Of a stretch of 64,000 nt of DNA, positions 59,746 through 64,000 are shown piece by piece. The translations under genes and the position numbers were made by a program. The DNA comes from Spirochaetia bacterium (GTDB taxonomy: Bacteria > Spirochaetota > Spirochaetia > SZUA-6 > Bin103): NCBI GenBank assembly GCA_965203055.1, contig OZ241863.1:3840001-3904000 (forward strand), given 5' to 3'. Position 1 is the first letter of the stretch, and each line of letters opens with the position of its first letter. The notes under the pieces were generated by a model. The model did no database searches, had not been told where the DNA came from, and saw only the letters and a program-made list of their open reading frames with translations.

Positions 59746-60780
59746 ATGCGACCTCAATCATATCGGACCGCCCGCAACGGGCGCCTCGTCGCCATGGCCA
59801 TCGCCGCCTGGGGCTGCCTGGGCTGCGAGCCTATCGGCCACGCGCTGGTGGAGGATGTCGATCTCCTGCCGCCGGTGTTCAATGGGATCACGGTTACCTC
59901 CGCCACCAGCCTCATCGCGCGCTTCGACGAACCGGTCACCATGGCGCAGGATTCGGTGTCGATCGACCCCGGACCGGCGGTGACCGGAATCCGCGGCGGC
60001 AAGGAGGTGGAGCTCACCCTGGCCGCGCCGCTGGTGGCCGGCAAGCGCTACACCCTGCGCGCCAAGGCCAGCGACCAGCGCGGCAACAGCACCACCTTCG
60101 TGGCGCAGCTCTGGGGCTACAACCCGCGCCCGCCGGAGCTGGTGATCAACGAATTCACCACCCAGGGTTCCAAGAAGCGGCCGGACGCCATCGAACTCTA
60201 CGTTACCCGCGGCGGCAATCTTGGCGGGGTGGCCGTGTATGACGGCGCCAACGACAACTATCGCGACCGCGTGGTGCTGCCCGGGGTGGAAGTGGCCGCC
60301 GGCGATTACCTCGTCATTCACGCCACCGCCAACGGGCTCGGCGAGGACGAGGACACCGGCCCCGACCAGTCGGACCACGAGTTGGCACTGGCCGGGGTGT
60401 GGGACTTCTGGATGGAGGAGGGCACCGGCCTCTCCGGGAGGAACGGGGTGCTCACCGTGCACGCCGCGCCGGACGGCGCGTTGCTCGACGGCGTGCTCTA
60501 CAGCAATCGAACCTCGGACTCGGACAGCCGCTACCGCGGGTTCGGCAGCAAGGCGACCATGCTGCGCGCCGACCGCCTGGCGGAGCTGGGAGGCTGGAAG
60601 TTCTCCGGGGAGCGAATCGCGCCGGAAGACGCGATCAGTTCAGCGGCCACTACCTCCACCCGCTCGCTGAACCGCGACGGCAACGCCACCGATACCGACA
60701 GCGCCGCCGACTGGCACACGGTGCCAACCCGCGGGTCGAGCTTCGGCGCGCCCAACAGCGAGGAGGTGCACGGCGGGTAG
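59746..60780 (+). CDS. lipoprotein with Ig-like and lamin-tail-like domains
   Basis: CLGC lipobox; FDEPV; LVINE..IELY..GDYLVIH. Confidence 0.7.
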   Translation: MRPQSYRTARNGRLVAMAIAAWGCLGCEPIGHALVEDVDLLPPVFNGITVTSATSLIARFDEPVTMAQDSVSIDPGPAVTGIRGGKEVELTLAAPLVAGKRYTLRAKASDQRGNSTTFVAQLWGYNPRPPELVINEFTTQGSKKRPDAIELYVTRGGNLGGVAVYDGANDNYRDRVVLPGVEVAAGDYLVIHATANGLGEDEDTGPDQSDHELALAGVWDFWMEEGTGLSGRNGVLTVHAAPDGALLDGVLYSNRTSDSDSRYRGFGSKATMLRADRLAELGGWKFSGERIAPEDAISSAATTSTRSLNRDGNATDTDSAADWHTVPTRGSSFGAPNSEEVHGG

Positions 60781-60854
60781 CGCGCGCGCCGGCGCCGCGG
60801 CAGCGGCGCCGGCGGTGCGGCCGGCGCCCGTCCGCTGCGGGCCTGCTACGCCTG

Positions 60855-61178
60855 CTACACGTGGGCCTTGAACATCCCCTCGATGGTCTCGCGCGGCACG
60901 GCGCCCACCTGCTGGCCGACCACGTCGCCGTCCTTGAACAGCAGCAGGGTGGGGATGCTGACGATGTTGTACTGCTGCGCAATCGCGCCGTTATCGTCGA
61001 CGTTGACCTTGGCGACCTTCAACTTGCCGGCGTAGTCCTGCGAGATCTGCTCCAGGACCGGGGCGATCATCTTGCACGGCATGCACCATTCGGCCCAGAA
61101 GTCGACCACTACGGGGGTCTCCGACTGGATTACCTCGGCGGTGAAGTTGTCTTGCGTGATTGTCACTTCGGCTGACAT
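60855..61178 (-). CDS. trxA: thioredoxin
   Basis: DFWAEWCMPC, SIPTL; AAGGAG RBS. Confidence 0.95.
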   Translation of the reverse strand: MSAEVTITQDNFTAEVIQSETPVVVDFWAEWCMPCKMIAPVLEQISQDYAGKLKVAKVNVDDNGAIAQQYNIVSIPTLLLFKDGDVVGQQVGAVPRETIEGMFKAHV

Positions 61179-61256
61179 TTGCGGCTCTCCTTGGGGAAGT
61201 AGTAGCGGGATGCACCGGCGCCAATATACTGATTGGAGCGCGCTGCTAGGAAGTGT

Positions 61257-62002
61257 TCAGGAAGCCAGCAGGGCCGCCGCGGCCTCGGCCATCAGGCGGC
61301 GCGGCGCGGCGTTCGGATTGCGGCGCAGCAGTTGCACGAACCAGGTGCCGACCACCACGTAGGCCACGTGCGGGCCCAGCGCCTCCACCTGGGCGCGGTC
61401 GCGAATGCCGAAGCCGGCCAGCGGTTGGCCGCCGAGCGCGCGAATGGCGCCCAGGAAGGCGAGATTGTCCGCCCCGATTGCGGTGTAGCTGCCGGTGATG
61501 CCCTTGCGCAGCGCCGCGTACACCCAGTCGCTGTTGCGCGCGCGGCCTACCACCATGCGCAGCCGCTCCGGCGTCGTGGTGGGCACCACCACGGGAATCA
61601 CGGCGATGCCGGCGTCGGCGCCGGCCGCGTACAGCCCCTCGTCGTAGTCGGGCGGCAGGTCGGGCGCGATGATCGCGTTGGCGCCGGCTTCCCGGCAGGA
61701 GCGCACGAAGTCGGCCACGCCGTTCTGGAAGATCAGGTTGGCGTAGCTCATCACCGCGATCGGGACCTCGCTGCCGGCGCGCAGGGCGGCGACCAGCTCG
61801 AACCCGCGCCGGAGCGTGAAGCCGGCCTGCAGCGCGGCGTCGCACGCCGCCTGGATGTGCGGCCCGTCGGCGGTGGGATCGCTGAACGGGAACTGCACCT
61901 CCAGGAACGCCGCGCCGCCCTCCACCAGCCCCCGGCCCGCTTCCAGGGACGCCTGCCAGTCGGGGAACGAAGCCACCAGGTGAGCCATGACGCGCGGCGC
62001 GC

Positions 62003-62006
<4 letters not shown>
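61257..62006 (-). CDS. trpA: tryptophan synthase alpha chain
   Basis: EVQFPFSDPTADGP, MSYAN, PDLP, GITG, AGFGI. Confidence 0.93.
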
Positions 62007-63240
<1,234 letters not shown>

Positions 63241-63244
<4 letters not shown>

Positions 63245-64000
63245 CCTGCAGTGCTCCGTGCCGTGCCGGCTGCCGCCGGCAGCCGGCGGAAGAAGGCGCG
63301 CAGCTTGCCCGCGTCCTTGCGTCCCGGGGCCGCCTCCAGGCCGCTGGAAGCGTCGATCAGCTCCGGCCGATGCGCGCCGACCACCGCGGCCACGTTGTCG
63401 GGACCAATGCCCCCGGCCAGCCACAACGGGCGCGGCGGCGGCTCGGCCGCGGCGCGGCGCGCCAGCACGGCGCCATCGACGCGGCGCCCGCTGCCGCCGC
63501 GCAGCGCGGGGGCGAAGGCGTCCAGCAACACCCGCGGGCAGCGGTAGCGGCGCTCCGGCGCGAGGTCCGCGGGCGCGCCGACGCGCAGCGCCTTGTAGTA
63601 GGGAAATGCCAGTTGGTAGCACTCCTCCGGCTGCTCGTCGCCATGCAACTGCACCGCGTCGAGCAGCCCGGCGCGCAGCAGCGGCCGCGCCTCGCCGGTA
63701 TCGTTCACCACCACCCCGACCTTGGTTACCGCCAGATCGGCCAGTTCGGCCAGCAGCTCCGGCGCGGCGCGGCGCGGCGACGGCGCCAGGATGAACCCCA
63801 GCAGGTCGGCGCCCAGCTCCACCGCGGTCTCGGCGTCGGTGCGGTTGGTAATGCCGCACACCTTTACCAGCGGGCGCCCGCGGCGCGCGCTGCGGGCCGC
63901 GAACACCCGTTCCCAGAACGGGCGCCGCCCGCCGGCTGGCGGCGCCGCGCCCAGCGCCTGGCGCAGCTCCGCCGCCAACTGCGGGCGCCGCATCACCGCC
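63241..64000 (-). CDS. trpF: phosphoribosylanthranilate isomerase, 5' truncated by the window edge (probably the C-terminus of a TrpC-TrpF fusion)
   Basis: VKVCGITN, VQLHGDE, GGSG, LAGGI, DASSGLE; frame open to the window edge. Confidence 0.85.

Noticed and set aside
60855..61178. WCMPC active site as a novelty
   Set aside because: Minor variation of WCGPC in an otherwise ordinary thioredoxin
61221..61236. CCAAT-N6-ATTGG inverted repeat upstream of trxA as an operator
   Set aside because: Only 5-bp arms and a single occurrence; cannot be distinguished from chance

Overview
High-GC (roughly 70% by eye) bacterial chromosomal segment with about 58 genes and no rRNA, tRNA or CRISPR array detected. 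Gene content and order (prfA-prmC-rel, a TPR-lipoprotein/MltD/SH3 block, lipoproteins next to trxA, plus valS, clpS-clpA, icd, ptsP, manA and trpF-B-A) suggest a free-living or symbiotic Spirochaetota member; this is inference. Small accessory modules sit between the housekeeping and sugar/amine catabolic genes. The best candidate for a new system is a minimal two-gene RiPP locus: an NHLP-leader precursor with double-Gly site and core FSWDNVGW, followed by an unannotated protein with a 10-strand ABBA/prenyltransferase-barrel-like pattern (16631-18077). Other modules: an AT-richer GHKL kinase/STAS/PIN three-gene cassette inserted inside a sugar operon; a divergent bCerS-like/CerR-like pair suggesting ceramide synthesis; an HNH gene with in-frame palindromic repeats and a leaderless promoter; a frameshifted RelE toxin; tandem-duplicated coiled-coil proteins; and a lipoprotein with eight phage-like beta repeats. 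Most long alternative-frame ORFs in the track are GC-rich shadow ORFs. Product calls rest on motif recognition only; no searches were run.
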